DNA of 64,000 nucleotides from Candidatus Zambryskibacteria bacterium RIFCSPHIGHO2_01_FULL_46_25 (GCA_001825155.1 MHVH01000006.1:4939-68938); one strand, 5' to 3'; counted from the stretch's first letter, positions 44,307-55,423 are shown. Notes: generated from the letters alone by a model not told the origin. Made by a program: numbers and translations.

Positions 44307-45173
44307 TTAACGGGAAAGCCTTTCCCGGGTCAGCCGGTCTATGAGAGTCTGCAGGGCGTCAAAGCTGTCGGTAATAATGAGAAAATTGTTATCGAAGAAA
44401 GAATAAAGGAGAACGGGCGTAGAGCTGGCGTACAGGGCGCGGACATCCTTGTTTCTCACGGTAACATCTCTGAAGACGTATCCGGGTGCAATCACTTTCA
44501 ACTCCTCGCTCGCGGAGAAGAGAGGTAGAAGGTCTTCCGCCATGATGTTCTCCCAGGCAAGCATGCCAGCGAAAGCGTTTTCGAAAGAAGCGAGCTTCAC
44601 GAGTATGAAAGGATTCTTCCCCACTACTCCGAGCATGAATACTTTATCGAAGGCGCGAACGAGGCTGCCAGACGCGCGGCTCTGAAGAAGGGAAAAAAGT
44701 TCCGCGGTCGTGGCGAGTCGCAAGGGTGTTGTGGTGCCGACTCTTGCCACGAGGTGCACCAGTTCTTCATCGCCTGCGCCAGAGGCGATTTCTGCGAACT
44801 TGACGGTAAAATCCTCGCGGTTCATGAGGGAAATATTTATCTCCGTTTCTCGGTCTGGTGAGATGAGTCGGCTCTCCGGGGCGATAATTGCCGGCGGGGC
44901 CGTTCTCCTCGTGTATTCCCGGTAGCCGAACCACGCGCCGAGAGTTCCCACAATGATGAAGAAGACGCTGCCGATAAGAAGGAAGAGGAAATCATTTTTC
45001 TTCTTCCCCATTTCTATCTCCGTGGCGGAAGGCTCTGCTGGAATGCCGGTGGTTCTCCGCTTGAGCGCTTCTTGCTGTTGGATAGAGACAAGGGATTCGT
45101 TCTGTCTGCCCAGGGCATCGGCAACGTCGCCTTGGTAAGTGCGTATTTGTTTTAGAGGAGATTCGGGGTCCAT
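44307..45173 (-). CDS. hypothetical membrane-anchored protein
   Basis: Single TM (FLFLLIGSVFFIIVGTLGAWF); no family recognised. Confidence 0.4.
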   Translation of the reverse strand: MDPESPLKQIRTYQGDVADALGRQNESLVSIQQQEALKRRTTGIPAEPSATEIEMGKKKNDFLFLLIGSVFFIIVGTLGAWFGYREYTRRTAPPAIIAPESRLISPDRETEINISLMNREDFTVKFAEIASGAGDEELVHLVARVGTTTPLRLATTAELFSLLQSRASGSLVRAFDKVFMLGVVGKNPFILVKLASFENAFAGMLAWENIMAEDLLPLFSASEELKVIAPGYVFRDVTVRNKDVRALYASSTPVLLYSFFDNNFLIITDSFDALQTLIDRLTRERLSR

Positions 45174-45181
45174 TTATCCAT

Positions 45182-45727
45182 TTATTTTAGAGCCGGGCGG
45201 CGAGGGGTGCGCACAACTTCGCCCATAAGAAGATACTTTCTAGGGTTAAGGTCTAGGTCGAAGAAGTCGTCGGCCGCTTCTATGAGCTTAGCCGAGGAAG
45301 ATTTGCCGAAGGAGACCACTTCCACTTGCGTGCCGTGGGTATTCTGCAGATATTCGACGAGAGAGACGAAGTCGCCGTCACCAGACACGATTATAATCGT
45401 GTCCAACTTGGGCGCGAGCTTGACCGCGTCCATGGCAAGATCAATGTCCCAATTGGCCTTCTTGGCCCCGCCGACGAATATTTGCAGAGGCTTGGAGCGA
45501 ATCTCAATACCTACCTTGGCTAGAGCTTCGAAAAAGGCTTTTTCCTCGCCGGATTCCGTCGAAGCGACATAAGCGATGGCGCGTACAAGCACCCGGCTGT
45601 CGAGAGCGTCCTTGATAATGGCACCGAAGTTCGCCTTGGCGTGGTGAATATTCTTCGCGCTGTGATAAATATTCTGCGTGTCTATGAAAATGCCGACCCG
45701 CTGGGCTTTGTGCTTAATAACTGTCAT
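45182..45727 (-). CDS. NYN/LabA-like PIN-domain protein
   Basis: VGIFIDTQNIYHSAK...IIIVSGDGDF typical of the NYN domain. Confidence 0.65.
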   Translation of the reverse strand: MTVIKHKAQRVGIFIDTQNIYHSAKNIHHAKANFGAIIKDALDSRVLVRAIAYVASTESGEEKAFFEALAKVGIEIRSKPLQIFVGGAKKANWDIDLAMDAVKLAPKLDTIIIVSGDGDFVSLVEYLQNTHGTQVEVVSFGKSSSAKLIEAADDFFDLDLNPRKYLLMGEVVRTPRRPALK

Positions 45728-45751
45728 AAAAAATTATTTAAACTGGTAAAA

Positions 45752-46036
45752 CTATTTCTTCAGACCGAGTTTCTTCTGCAAAGCGAGAGCTCTCTTAGGG
45801 CTTTTCTTTTCCAAATATTTCATATGCGACTGGCGGTCTGCAACCATAGCCAATAGGCCGCGGCGCGAGTGATTATCTTTGGCGTGCGACTTGAGGTGTT
45901 TCGAGAGCTCCTCAATGCGCTTCGTCAGTATGGAAATTTGCACTTCGGGAGAGCCGGTATCACTTTCGTGAATGGCAACCTCCTTAATGAGCTTTTGCTT
46001 CTTGGTCTTTGAAATCACACTTCGACAATAGCACAC
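45752..46036 (-). CDS. rpsO: 30S ribosomal protein S15
   Basis: GSPEVQISILTKRIEELSKHLKSHAKDNHSRRGLLAMV matches the S15 signature; true start may be the GTG at 46018. Confidence 0.8.
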   Translation of the reverse strand: MCYCRSVISKTKKQKLIKEVAIHESDTGSPEVQISILTKRIEELSKHLKSHAKDNHSRRGLLAMVADRQSHMKYLEKKSPKRALALQKKLGLKK

Positions 46037-46103
46037 TTCGACTCGCCTTGCAAGGCAGGAAATCGCTTGACGATCCGTCTCTGATGATTATAATACTATT
46101 ATA

Positions 46104-46343
46104 ATGACACAAAAAGTAATAAAAGTAGGCGACTCCGTTGCCGTAGTCATCCCCAAGAAATCCCTTAAGGAGCTTGGTTTGAAGCTGGGAGACGAGGTCG
46201 TCGTTGACGTCAATCCCAAGAGTCAGTCAATGTCCATCCGTTCCCTCGCGAAGCCTTCTAAGCATCAGGAGAGGATTGCCGAGCTTGCGTACAACTTCAT
46301 TAATCGTTATCGCAAGGACCTTGAAGCTCTTGCCAATAAATAA
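46104..46343 (+). CDS. AbrB/MazE/SpoVT-family antitoxin (Phd-like partner of Doc)
   Basis: MTQKVIKVGDSVAVVIPKKSLKELGLKLGDEVVVDV swapped-hairpin motif. Confidence 0.65.
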   Translation: MTQKVIKVGDSVAVVIPKKSLKELGLKLGDEVVVDVNPKSQSMSIRSLAKPSKHQERIAELAYNFINRYRKDLEALANK

Positions 46344-46344
46344 C

Positions 46345-46725
46345 GTGGAGTATTTAGACGCGAAAGATATTCTCCGCATTCACTCAATGGCGGTGGATGA
46401 AACTGGTGGGTCTCATGGCGTGCGGGACATGCATACTGTTTTAAGTTTAGGAAATTCGCCCAAACAGGCGGTTTTTGGAGAAGAGCTTTATCCTACCGTC
46501 TTTCTAAAGGCATCTGTCTATGCCCGTGAAATTATTATGGGGCACCCCTTTCTGGATGGGAACAAAAGGACCGCCATGGTCTGTGCTTCGGTATTTCTTG
46601 AAGCGAATAATTACTTTTCAAATCTCAAAAAAGGTCAGATTGAAAAATTTGCTCTCAAAATCGTGAAAGAGCGGTTAGAATTGAATGACATCGCCAAGTG
46701 GTTTGAAAAACACTTCAATAATTAA
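46345..46725 (+). CDS. Doc/Fic-family toxin
   Basis: Doc active-site motif HPFLDGNKRTA; GTG start one nt after the antitoxin stop. Confidence 0.7.
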   Translation: MEYLDAKDILRIHSMAVDETGGSHGVRDMHTVLSLGNSPKQAVFGEELYPTVFLKASVYAREIIMGHPFLDGNKRTAMVCASVFLEANNYFSNLKKGQIEKFALKIVKERLELNDIAKWFEKHFNN

Positions 46726-46845
46726 AAAAGAATGAAACAGTTGACGGGACGAAACATAGGCGCTATAGTAGAAAGGTAATAGTTTGGTATGAAGGATCGC
46801 CTCGCGGCGGTCCTTCTGCCATAAAGAGGCTTAAAATATACATAT

Positions 46846-47976
46846 ATGTTCGACCTAAAAGTCATCAATTCGGTCCTAAGCGAGCTGGAAGAAGTGCGCG
46901 GTATTCCGCGCGCCTCCATTATCGATGCCATAGAAGCGGCTCTCGCTACTGCTTACAAAAAGGAGTACGGCAAGCGCGGACAGATTATCCGCACCACTTT
47001 CGATATCAATACCGGCCAGACGGAATTCTACCAAGTAAAGATTGTGGTTGACGGCACGCGGGTAATCTTTGACGAGAGCGAGGAGGTTCCGGCGGAAGAT
47101 TTGCGCGAATACTACAATCCGGAGAAGCACATTCTCATCGAGGACGCGAGGAAGATCAAGAAGGATGCTCAGCTTGATGAAGAAGTGGTCTTCCCTATCG
47201 AATCGAAGGGAGATTACGGCCGCATTGCCGCGCAGACCGCCAAGCAGGTCATCATGCAGAAAATCCGCGAGGCGGAGAAGACCTCTGTCGTCTCCGAATT
47301 CGGTGAACGAGAAGGCCAGATAGTGAACGGCACCGTGCAGAGAATCGAGCGTGGCAACATCTTCGTCGATATGGGGCGTGCGACCGGCCTCCTGCCTTAC
47401 GAGGAGCAGATTCCTGGAGAGCGCTTCTCTCAAGGTGAGCGCGTGCGCGCGTTTCTATACAGAGTGGAAGAATCTCCACGAGGCGTCTTTCTCCGTCTCT
47501 CGCGTTCTCATCCGAAGTTTCTTGAGAAGCTCTTCGAAGCGGAAGCGCCCGAACTCGCAAATGGCGCGGTTGTAATCAAGGCCATCGCCCGCGAAGCGGG
47601 GTACCGCTCTAAGATTGCCGCCGAGGCCAAGGATACTCATATTGACCCCGTTGGCTCCCTTGTCGGCCAGCGAGGCGTGCGCGTCTCGACCGTTATGTCA
47701 GAATTGCGCGGCGAGAAGATTGACATCATCGAGTGGTCCGCCGATTCGAAGAAGTTTATAGAAGAGGCTCTCTCTCCGGCCAAGGTGCTAGAGATAAAGG
47801 TCAATGAAGAAGAAAAGTCGGCTGTCGTCATGGTAGCCGAGGACCAGCAATCTCTTGCTATCGGCAAGGGCGGGCAGAACGTGCGTCTAGCGGCGAAACT
47901 TACCGGTTGGAAGATAGACATCCAGTCCGCCAAGGGAGAAGACCTTGCAACAGCGGAAGCACAGGCTAATATATAA
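46846..47976 (+). CDS. nusA: transcription termination/antitermination factor NusA
   Basis: N-terminal NusA domain, S1 domain, two KH domains (LAIGKGGQNVRLAAKLTGW). Confidence 0.85.
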   Translation: MFDLKVINSVLSELEEVRGIPRASIIDAIEAALATAYKKEYGKRGQIIRTTFDINTGQTEFYQVKIVVDGTRVIFDESEEVPAEDLREYYNPEKHILIEDARKIKKDAQLDEEVVFPIESKGDYGRIAAQTAKQVIMQKIREAEKTSVVSEFGEREGQIVNGTVQRIERGNIFVDMGRATGLLPYEEQIPGERFSQGERVRAFLYRVEESPRGVFLRLSRSHPKFLEKLFEAEAPELANGAVVIKAIAREAGYRSKIAAEAKDTHIDPVGSLVGQRGVRVSTVMSELRGEKIDIIEWSADSKKFIEEALSPAKVLEIKVNEEEKSAVVMVAEDQQSLAIGKGGQNVRLAAKLTGWKIDIQSAKGEDLATAEAQANI

Positions 47977-47999
47977 GCCATTAACATAATTAAATATTC

Positions 48000-50000
48000 A
48001 TGGAATCGACCATCTTGCTTTGGACTACCGTTTCGGGCCTGGTTGCGCTTATTTTCTCCGGTGTTCTGACCTTCCAGATTCTCTCCCTGCCGGACGGCAA
48101 CGAGAAGATGAATCAGATTGCCAATGCCATCAAGACCGGCGCCAACGCCTATCTCTGGAGACAATACAAGGTGGTAGCGGTGGTGGCGGTACTTGTCGCC
48201 CTCTTCCTCGGCATCTACCTTTCGTCCGTTGTGGCGGTTGGATTTATCATTGGCGCGGTAGTCTCTGCTCTTTCTGGCTACATAGGCATGGCGGTGGCGG
48301 TAAGAAGTAATGTCCGCACGGCTGAAGCGGCGAGGCATGGCATCCCGACGGCGCTTCGCACAGCCTTCAAGGCAGGGTCTATTACCGGTCTTACGGTGGC
48401 GGCGCTCGCTCTTCTCTCCGTAACCCTTTTCTATTGGACAACGGGTAATCTCGACGCCATGATAGGTCTCGCCTTCGGCTCATCTCTCATCTCCGTATTC
48501 GCCAGGCTGGGCGGAGGCATCTTTACCAAAGGGGCTGATGTTGGCGCGGACCTCGTCGGCAAGATTGAGGCGGGCATTCCGGAAGACGACCCAAGAAATC
48601 CGGCAGTTATCGCGGACAACGTGGGCGACAACGTGGGAGACACCGCCGGCATGGCCGCGGACCTCTTCGAAACCTATGTTGTCTCTGCTGTGGCAGTAAT
48701 GCTTCTCGGCTCGCTTATTCTCCCGGGTTTTGTCGGCGCGCTCATCTATCCTCTCGCTCTCGGAGCGGCGGCGCTCTTGGCATCCGTTATCGCGACATTC
48801 TTTGTCCGCGGTGGGACGGAAGATTCCATTATGAAAGTGCTTTATAGAGGACTCATCATTTCTGTTCTTCTCTCTGTCGCGGTTTTCTACCCTATCACCA
48901 GGTGGATTATGGAGGGCAATGGCCAATTCGAAATCATTAATCTCTTCTACTGCGCTCTTGTCGGCATGGGAGTGACCGCGGGCATGTTCGTTATTACCGA
49001 TTACTATACGTCGAAGAAATATAATCCCGTGCAATCCATCGCCAAGTCTTCCACCACCGGACATGGCACAAACATCATTACCGGTCTTGCCGTATCTATG
49101 CAGTCAACGGCGCTTCCGGTCATTCTCATCGTAGCGGGCATTCTCTCGGCGCATTACTTCGCCGGATTATACGGCGTGGCAGTAGCTGTCATGTCGATGC
49201 TCTCGCTTACCGCGGTGGTTGTCGCTATCGACGCTTTTGGTCCAATTACCGATAACGCTGGCGGTATCGCGGAGATGTCCGAACTGCCAAGCGAAGTGAG
49301 GAAGGTGACCGATGCGCTGGACGCTGTCGGCAATACCACAAAGGCGGTAACGAAAGGTTATGCCATCGCTTCCGCGGGGCTAGCCGCAACGGTACTCTTT
49401 GCTTCTTATACGCAGGAGCTTGGCAGGATAGGCATGGTAGACATCGCCTTCGACCTTTCTGACCCGAGAGTGCTCGTTGGTCTTCTTATCGGTGGCCTCC
49501 TTCCCTACCTCTTCGGCTCCATGGCGATGTCTGCCGTGGGCAAAGCCGGACACGCGGTGGTGGAAGAAGTGCGCCGACAATTTAAAGAAATTCCAGGTAT
49601 TATGGAAAGGACCGCCATGCCTGACTATGGCAAGGCAGTAGAGATAGTAACCGCCGCCGCGCAGAGACTCATGATCGTGCCGGCAATCCTCCCCGTGTTA
49701 GCGCCCGTTCTTGTCTGGTGGCTCTTGGGTCTAGAGGCTCTGGGCGGGCTCTTGGTGGGTGTAATTGTTACCGGTCTATTCGTAGCAATCTCCATGACCT
49801 CAGGTGGAGCAGCTTGGGACAATGCCAAGAAATATATTGAGGACGGTAATTACGGTGGCAAGGGCGGGCACGCTCACCACGCGGCTGTGACAGGCGATAC
49901 TGTAGGCGACCCGTACAAGGATACCGCCGGACCGGCTATCAACCCCATGATTAAAGTGGTAAACATCGTCGCGCTTCTAATCGTAAGCTTCTTAATCTAA
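48000..50000 (+). CDS. hppA: membrane-bound H+ (or Na+)-translocating pyrophosphatase
   Basis: [17 protein letters not shown] and DNVGDNVGD signatures; 16-TM architecture. Confidence 0.9.
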   Translation: MESTILLWTTVSGLVALIFSGVLTFQILSLPDGNEKMNQIANAIKTGANAYLWRQYKVVAVVAVLVALFLGIYLSSVVAVGFIIGAVVSALSGYIGMAVAVRSNVRTAEAARHGIPTALRTAFKAGSITGLTVAALALLSVTLFYWTTGNLDAMIGLAFGSSLISVFARLGGGIFTKGADVGADLVGKIEAGIPEDDPRNPAVIADNVGDNVGDTAGMAADLFETYVVSAVAVMLLGSLILPGFVGALIYPLALGAAALLASVIATFFVRGGTEDSIMKVLYRGLIISVLLSVAVFYPITRWIMEGNGQFEIINLFYCALVGMGVTAGMFVITDYYTSKKYNPVQSIAKSSTTGHGTNIITGLAVSMQSTALPVILIVAGILSAHYFAGLYGVAVAVMSMLSLTAVVVAIDAFGPITDNAGGIAEMSELPSEVRKVTDALDAVGNTTKAVTKGYAIASAGLAATVLFASYTQELGRIGMVDIAFDLSDPRVLVGLLIGGLLPYLFGSMAMSAVGKAGHAVVEEVRRQFKEIPGIMERTAMPDYGKAVEIVTAAAQRLMIVPAILPVLAPVLVWWLLGLEALGGLLVGVIVTGLFVAISMTSGGAAWDNAKKYIEDGNYGGKGGHAHHAAVTGDTVGDPYKDTAGPAINPMIKVVNIVALLIVSFLI

Positions 50001-50017
50001 GTGCTATAATAAAAAAT

Positions 50018-50485
50018 ATGAAACAAAAAATACTCGCTATTACCGTACTGGCAACACTGCTTCTCGCCGCCATTCCCGTATCCGCGCAAAGTGTCCAGCG
50101 TGCACAGCAGAGAAATGCTTCTTCGACCGAGAAGAGGATGGAACTTCAAAGCAATATCGCTAAGAAAAGGGCGGTCAATACGTCTCGAGTACTTACGGCG
50201 ACTGTCGAGCGTCTTGGAAACATTGCTACCCGCATTGAGTCCCGCATTGCCAAGGTGAAAGCCGCCGGTGGAGATGTGACACAGTCAGAAGCTGCCATCG
50301 CGGAGGCAAGGAATCACCTCTCGCTCGCGAAGACCTCAATATCCGCCTTCACTTCAATCGACCTTTCGACCGGGGATGTGCGCGAGAAATACGACAGAGT
50401 GAAGGCAGTCGCCGCCGAAGTTAAGACACACCTTCGCGAAGCGCACCGGAGCCTTATGAAAGCGGTTGTTTCCCTCAAAAAGTAA
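50018..50485 (+). CDS. hypothetical secreted coiled-coil protein
   Basis: Signal peptide then helical repeats. Confidence 0.4.
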   Translation: MKQKILAITVLATLLLAAIPVSAQSVQRAQQRNASSTEKRMELQSNIAKKRAVNTSRVLTATVERLGNIATRIESRIAKVKAAGGDVTQSEAAIAEARNHLSLAKTSISAFTSIDLSTGDVREKYDRVKAVAAEVKTHLREAHRSLMKAVVSLKK

Positions 50486-50491
50486 AAATAT

Positions 50492-50761
50492 ATGGACGAA
50501 AATAATCAAAACGTAGTGCAAGAGGCGGGCAGTTCGGTAGGACCGATTATTGCCGGCATCGTCATCCTCGCCGTTATTATCTTCGGTGCGCTCTATTTCA
50601 TGGGCGACCGTGAAGGCAATAGGGCTCTTCAAGATCAACTCAACACCATTGACCAGCAGAGTGAGTCGGACGCCACAGCGGATATCGAAGCGGACCTCAA
50701 CGCGACCGATGTCGAGAATGTCGACTACAACCTCGACGAAGAGAACTTCACTTCTTCTTAA
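50492..50761 (+). CDS. small membrane protein with acidic C-terminal tail
   Basis: One TM helix, Asp/Glu-rich tail. Confidence 0.35.
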   Translation: MDENNQNVVQEAGSSVGPIIAGIVILAVIIFGALYFMGDREGNRALQDQLNTIDQQSESDATADIEADLNATDVENVDYNLDEENFTSS

Positions 50762-50840
50762 ATTCCCCTTCTCAATCTCAATCATTGCGTGATTGGGGGC
50801 AAACCTTGATTCAAGGGAAACTTTGAGTTAATCTACCCGC

Positions 50841-51416
50841 ATGACCTATTTAATTCCTACAGTAATAGAAAAATCTCAGTTCGGCGAGAGGGCGTACGAT
50901 ATTTACTCGCGGTTGCTTCGGGAACGCATCATCTTCCTTGGTGGACCTATAGATGACGGCGTGGCGAATATCGTGATTGCCCAACTTCTATTCCTCCAGT
51001 CTGAAGACCCGAAGAAGGATATTTCTCTCTACATCAACTCCCCTGGTGGCTCGGTTACCGCCGGTCTGGCTATCATCGACACCATGAATCACATTAAGCC
51101 CGACGTTTCTACTATGTGCGTGGGTATGGCGGCATCCATGGGGGCGTGGATTCTGTCCTCCGGGAAAAAAGGAAAGAGATTTGCCCTTCCGAACGCGGAA
51201 ATAATGATTCATCAGCCTCTTGGTGCGGCCGAAGGCCAGGCTACCGAGATAGAAATTGCGGCCAAGCGTATTATTGAGAACAGGAAAGCCCTTAACCGCA
51301 TTATGTCCGAGAATACGGGCCAGCCTATAGCCAAGGTTGATAAAGATGTCGACCGCGACCTCTTCATGACCGCCGAAGCCGCCAAGAAATACGGCATCAT
51401 AGACAAAATTTTGTAG
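50841..51416 (+). CDS. clpP: ATP-dependent Clp protease proteolytic subunit
   Basis: Catalytic Ser GMAASMG, His and Asp positions; YINSPGG. Confidence 0.9.
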   Translation: MTYLIPTVIEKSQFGERAYDIYSRLLRERIIFLGGPIDDGVANIVIAQLLFLQSEDPKKDISLYINSPGGSVTAGLAIIDTMNHIKPDVSTMCVGMAASMGAWILSSGKKGKRFALPNAEIMIHQPLGAAEGQATEIEIAAKRIIENRKALNRIMSENTGQPIAKVDKDVDRDLFMTAEAAKKYGIIDKIL

Positions 51417-51508
51417 AAGTAGTACACTTAGGTAGTTCACTTAAATATTAATTTGAAACGTTTCTGGTGCTTTCCGCCTGACCGCTCTGACTGATTGAGC
51501 TACTGCAA

Positions 51509-53038
51509 ATGTCCCTAAAGTTAGCCCTTCTTTTAGCATTGCTTGCCGCGTCGGCCGGTATCGGCTTCGGTTATTTGCTGCGCCTCCTAATCTCTCTCGG
51601 TAGGAAGGGTTCCATGGAGCTAGACATCAAGCAGATGGAGCTCCGAAGTCGCGAGGAGGCCTCGCAAATTCTTGAAGAAGCAGAGAAGAGAGCCGAGGAT
51701 GTCCTGAAGGGCGCTCAGTCCGAGCTCAAGGAGCGGGAGAATCGTCTTAAGGCGAGCGAAGACAGAGTGGTGAAGAAGGAGGAGTTTTTGGAAAAGCGCC
51801 AAACAGACTTGGAGGAGGAAATGGAGCACGTAAAGAGCCGTGCCGCGGAAGTGAGAACACTTAAGGATAAAATTGAAAAATTAGCGACCGAGAAAATCCA
51901 AGAATTATCCAAAGTCGCTAATTTTTCTCCCATTGAGGCCAAAAGTGAGCTCATGCGAGTAATCGAGCGTGATTTCGAAGAAGATTTTTTGGTAAAAATG
52001 CGCAAGCTCGAAACGCAAAACGCCGAGGATCTCGATAAAAGGGCAAAAGAGATTCTCTCTACAGCTATTCAACGCATGGCCGTATCCATTTCAAGTGAAG
52101 TAATGGCAACATCTATTCCTCTACCATCGGATGACCTCAAGGGCAAGATTATCGGCAAGGAAGGCAGGAATATCAAAGCTTTTGAAAGAGCGACAGGAGT
52201 GGAAGTGATCGTTGACGATACGCCAAATTCCATCACTCTCTCCTCCTTCGACCCGGTGCGTCGCGCGGTGGCGAAGATGGCGCTGGAAAATCTTATTGCC
52301 GACGGCCGTATCCAGCCGGCGAAGATTGAGGAATTCGTGGCCAAGGCGGGAGAGGAAATCAATAAAATTATTAAGGAGAAGGGCGAGGAGGCGGCAGTAG
52401 AGTGCGAAGTGTTCAATCTGGACCCGAAATTGCTCGCCATTCTCGGGCGACTTCACTTCCGCACCAGCTACAGCCAAAATGTTCTCGAACATTCGGTCGA
52501 GATGGCGCATTTGGCAGGCATGATAGCCGAGGAACTCGGCGCCAATGTGGCCATAGCCAAGGCTGGAGCGCTTCTGCATGATATAGGCAAGGCCCTCGAC
52601 CATGAGGTCGCTGGCACTCACGTTGAGATTGGACGAAGAATCTTGCAGAAGTTTGGCGTATTGGAAGATATCATCAAGGCTATGCAGGCACATCACGGCG
52701 AATATCCATACGAAACCCTCGAATCCGTCATCGTCCAGACAGCCGACGCTATATCTGGTGGCCGGCCTGGTGCCAGAAGGGATAATCTGGAGCACTACCT
52801 CAAGCGTCTTGAAGACCTCGAGAACATCGCCACTTCCTTCGAGGGTGTGGAGAAGGCCTATGCTCTGCAGGCAGGCAGAGAGATAAGGGTGTTCGTCACC
52901 CCGGAGAAAGTAAGCGACCTGGAAGCCAAGAAAATGGCTAGAGATATAGCTATTAGGATCGAACAGGAGCTCAAGTATCCAGGAGAAATCAAGGTAAACG
53001 TCATAAGAGAAGCAAGGTCCATAGAGTTTGCCAGGTAG
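51509..53038 (+). CDS. rny: ribonuclease Y
   Basis: N-terminal TM, coiled coil, KH domain (IIGKEGRNIKAFE), HD domain (LHDIGKA). Confidence 0.85.
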   Translation: MSLKLALLLALLAASAGIGFGYLLRLLISLGRKGSMELDIKQMELRSREEASQILEEAEKRAEDVLKGAQSELKERENRLKASEDRVVKKEEFLEKRQTDLEEEMEHVKSRAAEVRTLKDKIEKLATEKIQELSKVANFSPIEAKSELMRVIERDFEEDFLVKMRKLETQNAEDLDKRAKEILSTAIQRMAVSISSEVMATSIPLPSDDLKGKIIGKEGRNIKAFERATGVEVIVDDTPNSITLSSFDPVRRAVAKMALENLIADGRIQPAKIEEFVAKAGEEINKIIKEKGEEAAVECEVFNLDPKLLAILGRLHFRTSYSQNVLEHSVEMAHLAGMIAEELGANVAIAKAGALLHDIGKALDHEVAGTHVEIGRRILQKFGVLEDIIKAMQAHHGEYPYETLESVIVQTADAISGGRPGARRDNLEHYLKRLEDLENIATSFEGVEKAYALQAGREIRVFVTPEKVSDLEAKKMARDIAIRIEQELKYPGEIKVNVIREARSIEFAR

Positions 53039-53043
53039 ATTTT

Positions 53044-53334
53044 CTACTCGGCTTCCTGCATGTATTCTGTAACAATAGTAATTACTTTCTGGACAGTTTT
53101 ATTGCAATTTTTGAACTTTACTTTATCTAGTACATTATCACCATGTTTTCTAAACGGTTCGCTAATTAAAGCATGAATAAAGGACTGTGTTGCCCCATCA
53201 ACTCCTGTAAAGTCTATAATGATTTCCTCGCCTTTATTGAGTGTCGGTAGAATTGTATTTATTCTGAAGTCACGAGCAATGTCCTTATTTTCGGCAAATT
53301 CCCCCGCTTCTTGTTTGATATTAATAGTAATCAT
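53044..53334 (-). CDS. DUF4325 (STAS-like) protein
   Basis: 96 aa; resembles ORF 61142..61459; directly downstream of a GHKL-ATPase gene and overlapping it by 4 nt. Confidence 0.45.
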   Translation of the reverse strand: MITINIKQEAGEFAENKDIARDFRINTILPTLNKGEEIIIDFTGVDGATQSFIHALISEPFRKHGDNVLDKVKFKNCNKTVQKVITIVTEYMQEAE

Positions 53335-54290
53335 ATAAATATTGGTTTTTTGTATCTACCCTTCTTTCTTTCTCTAACTGCTCTAGTGTACACAGTTCTG
53401 ACGTGTTCCAACAGAGAAGTAAATTTTTCATGCTCATCGAGTTTCATATCGATCCCAATAGCAACCCCTTGCCAGTATGGGTAATTATTTTCTGCAGAGT
53501 GTCTATCACTGAAAGGATCTGCGTTTAGCAACTCTTTTTTATCTCGATCTTGCCTGAGTAATTTATAGAAAGCTTTTCCGCTATATATACCGAAGAAGTC
53601 TCCATTTACCGCAGCAATAGATTTAACGAAAAATAATCCTGCCCCAGCATTTTGCTCAGTGCCACCTTCGCGCGGTGTTGTGCCAGTTATTCCTGGGGTT
53701 AGGGCAAGTCTTAGAGCCTGCAAATCATCTATTGCTTTGTGCGATTTGCGTATAGTCTTTGTGATTCCGACACCGCTATCGCATATGCCAATTCTGATCG
53801 TATTGCTCTTATGATAATATTGCGCAGCAACGAATGCCCCGTTTGGTGATTCAGAATGTTCAAGCACGTTACGTACTAACTCACTCACAATATAACGAAT
53901 AGGTTCTGCATTGCTCGGCTCAAGGTGTAATAATGGGACCATGTCAGTTATGAATTCGCTAAGTGAAGAAGAATTGAGGATTTGCGTTATGGGGATAAAT
54001 CTACCACTTGGGTCATGTTCAGTGATGGATATTCCCGAACGCAATCCCAATGCCTTAAAGAGACCCATTCTTTCAAAATAATGCTTTGATTTAGCCTGAA
54101 GTACTTCAAATCCTACGTGTCCATGGGTAGATTGACCAAGAGCGGCAATCATTGTTAATACTAACGGATGTACTGATATCCATTTTTTATTTGAGGTCAC
54201 GTGTAAAATGGTTGAGTCGTTTGGGTCAAATCCCCTAAAAAAAGAATCAATATTTCCCAGGAAAGCACTATTTGGGAGATGAATTTTCAT
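53331..54290 (-). CDS. histidine-kinase-like (GHKL) ATPase-domain protein with unknown N-terminal domain
   Basis: N-box ELVRNVLEHS, G1 ICDSGVGI, G2 GAGLFFV. Confidence 0.55.
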   Translation of the reverse strand: MKIHLPNSAFLGNIDSFFRGFDPNDSTILHVTSNKKWISVHPLVLTMIAALGQSTHGHVGFEVLQAKSKHYFERMGLFKALGLRSGISITEHDPSGRFIPITQILNSSSLSEFITDMVPLLHLEPSNAEPIRYIVSELVRNVLEHSESPNGAFVAAQYYHKSNTIRIGICDSGVGITKTIRKSHKAIDDLQALRLALTPGITGTTPREGGTEQNAGAGLFFVKSIAAVNGDFFGIYSGKAFYKLLRQDRDKKELLNADPFSDRHSAENNYPYWQGVAIGIDMKLDEHEKFTSLLEHVRTVYTRAVRERKKGRYKKPIFI

Positions 54291-54496
54291 AAATATGGCT
54301 TAAATCACCGGGAATTCAATCATATATCATTTCCCGGTAAATAGCAATACAACACAATCGAATACAAAGCCAATGCTCAACAATACAACTTTATTTGGCG
54401 GTGGCGACAAAAAATGGCTAGGAGTATAATTAAATCAAGTCGATCCCGCCTTGGCGGGGCAGGCGCAAAAAAGATTATCAATAATTTAGCTAGATA

Positions 54497-54769
54497 ATGA
54501 ACAAAGTAGATATCGCAAACGCAGTGCACGCCAAACTCGGTGGCACGAAAGTCCAGGCGGAAGAAGTTGTCGACATTGTTATCGAATCTATCGTCTCCAC
54601 GCTGAAGAAGGGCGGAGAAGTTTCGATCGCCGGTCTTGGCATCTTCTCCACCAAGACGCGCGCCGCCCGCCAGGCAAGGAATCCTCGCACGGGTGAAGCC
54701 ATCTCGGTGCCCTCAATGCGCGTGCCGAAGTTCCGCCCGGCGAAAGGTTTGAAGGACGCAGTGAAGTAG
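54497..54769 (+). CDS. hup: DNA-binding protein HU
   Basis: 90 aa; MNKVDIANAV...GFGIFSTK...RNPRTGE pattern. Confidence 0.85.
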   Translation: MNKVDIANAVHAKLGGTKVQAEEVVDIVIESIVSTLKKGGEVSIAGLGIFSTKTRAARQARNPRTGEAISVPSMRVPKFRPAKGLKDAVK

Positions 54770-54780
54770 TTTCTTTCAAT

Positions 54781-54824
54781 AAAAAAGAATTTAGTTTCCT
54801 CATATACTAAATTCTTTTTTATTT
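54781..54824. terminator. bidirectional intrinsic terminator
   Basis: aaaaaagaatttagt...actaaattctttttt, U/A tracts on both sides. Confidence 0.65.
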
Positions 54825-54850
54825 TGCTATATACTGAAACAAATCCACCC

Positions 54851-55354
54851 ATGAATCCAGTCTATAACAAGATTATCATCACTGGAGATGCCGGGCGTGG
54901 TAAGTCTACGCTGGCAGAGAAGCTTTCCATGAAACTTGGTATCCCCTGCCATTCCACCGATGACTATTATTACGAATTCAAATTTTTCAAACCTAGAGAC
55001 AGAGAGAATGCGCTTGCGCAAATTACCAAGCTTTATCAAGAAGATAGGTGGATAGTGGAAGGTACAACCGCATGGCTGCTCAAACCGGGCATGGAAGCGG
55101 CCGACCTCATCATTCATCTACGGTACAAAAACATCTTTCATCAATGGTTTACCCTGTTTAAACGCTATTTACACAGAGAGGAAGAAACCTTGAAGGGCCT
55201 GCTTATCCTCATGCGCCATGTGTTCTATAAACGTTATGGTCTCGGCTATAAGAGGGGCAAAATGACCCATCTCGAGTTTGTCGCGCCGCACAAGAACAAG
55301 CTCATCACACTCTCTTCCTTTAATGAAATTGATGAATTCTTAAATACCCTTTAA
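54851..55354 (+). CDS. P-loop NTPase (nucleoside/nucleotide kinase-like)
   Basis: Walker A ITGDAGRGKSTLAEKL; start set at MNPVYNK after the terminator. Confidence 0.5.
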   Translation: MNPVYNKIIITGDAGRGKSTLAEKLSMKLGIPCHSTDDYYYEFKFFKPRDRENALAQITKLYQEDRWIVEGTTAWLLKPGMEAADLIIHLRYKNIFHQWFTLFKRYLHREEETLKGLLILMRHVFYKRYGLGYKRGKMTHLEFVAPHKNKLITLSSFNEIDEFLNTL

Positions 55355-55423
55355 ATATCCGGACTCTTTTATTGTAAAAATGAGCTACATTATAAAAGAA
55401 CGGTCGTCGGCTTATAATGTATG

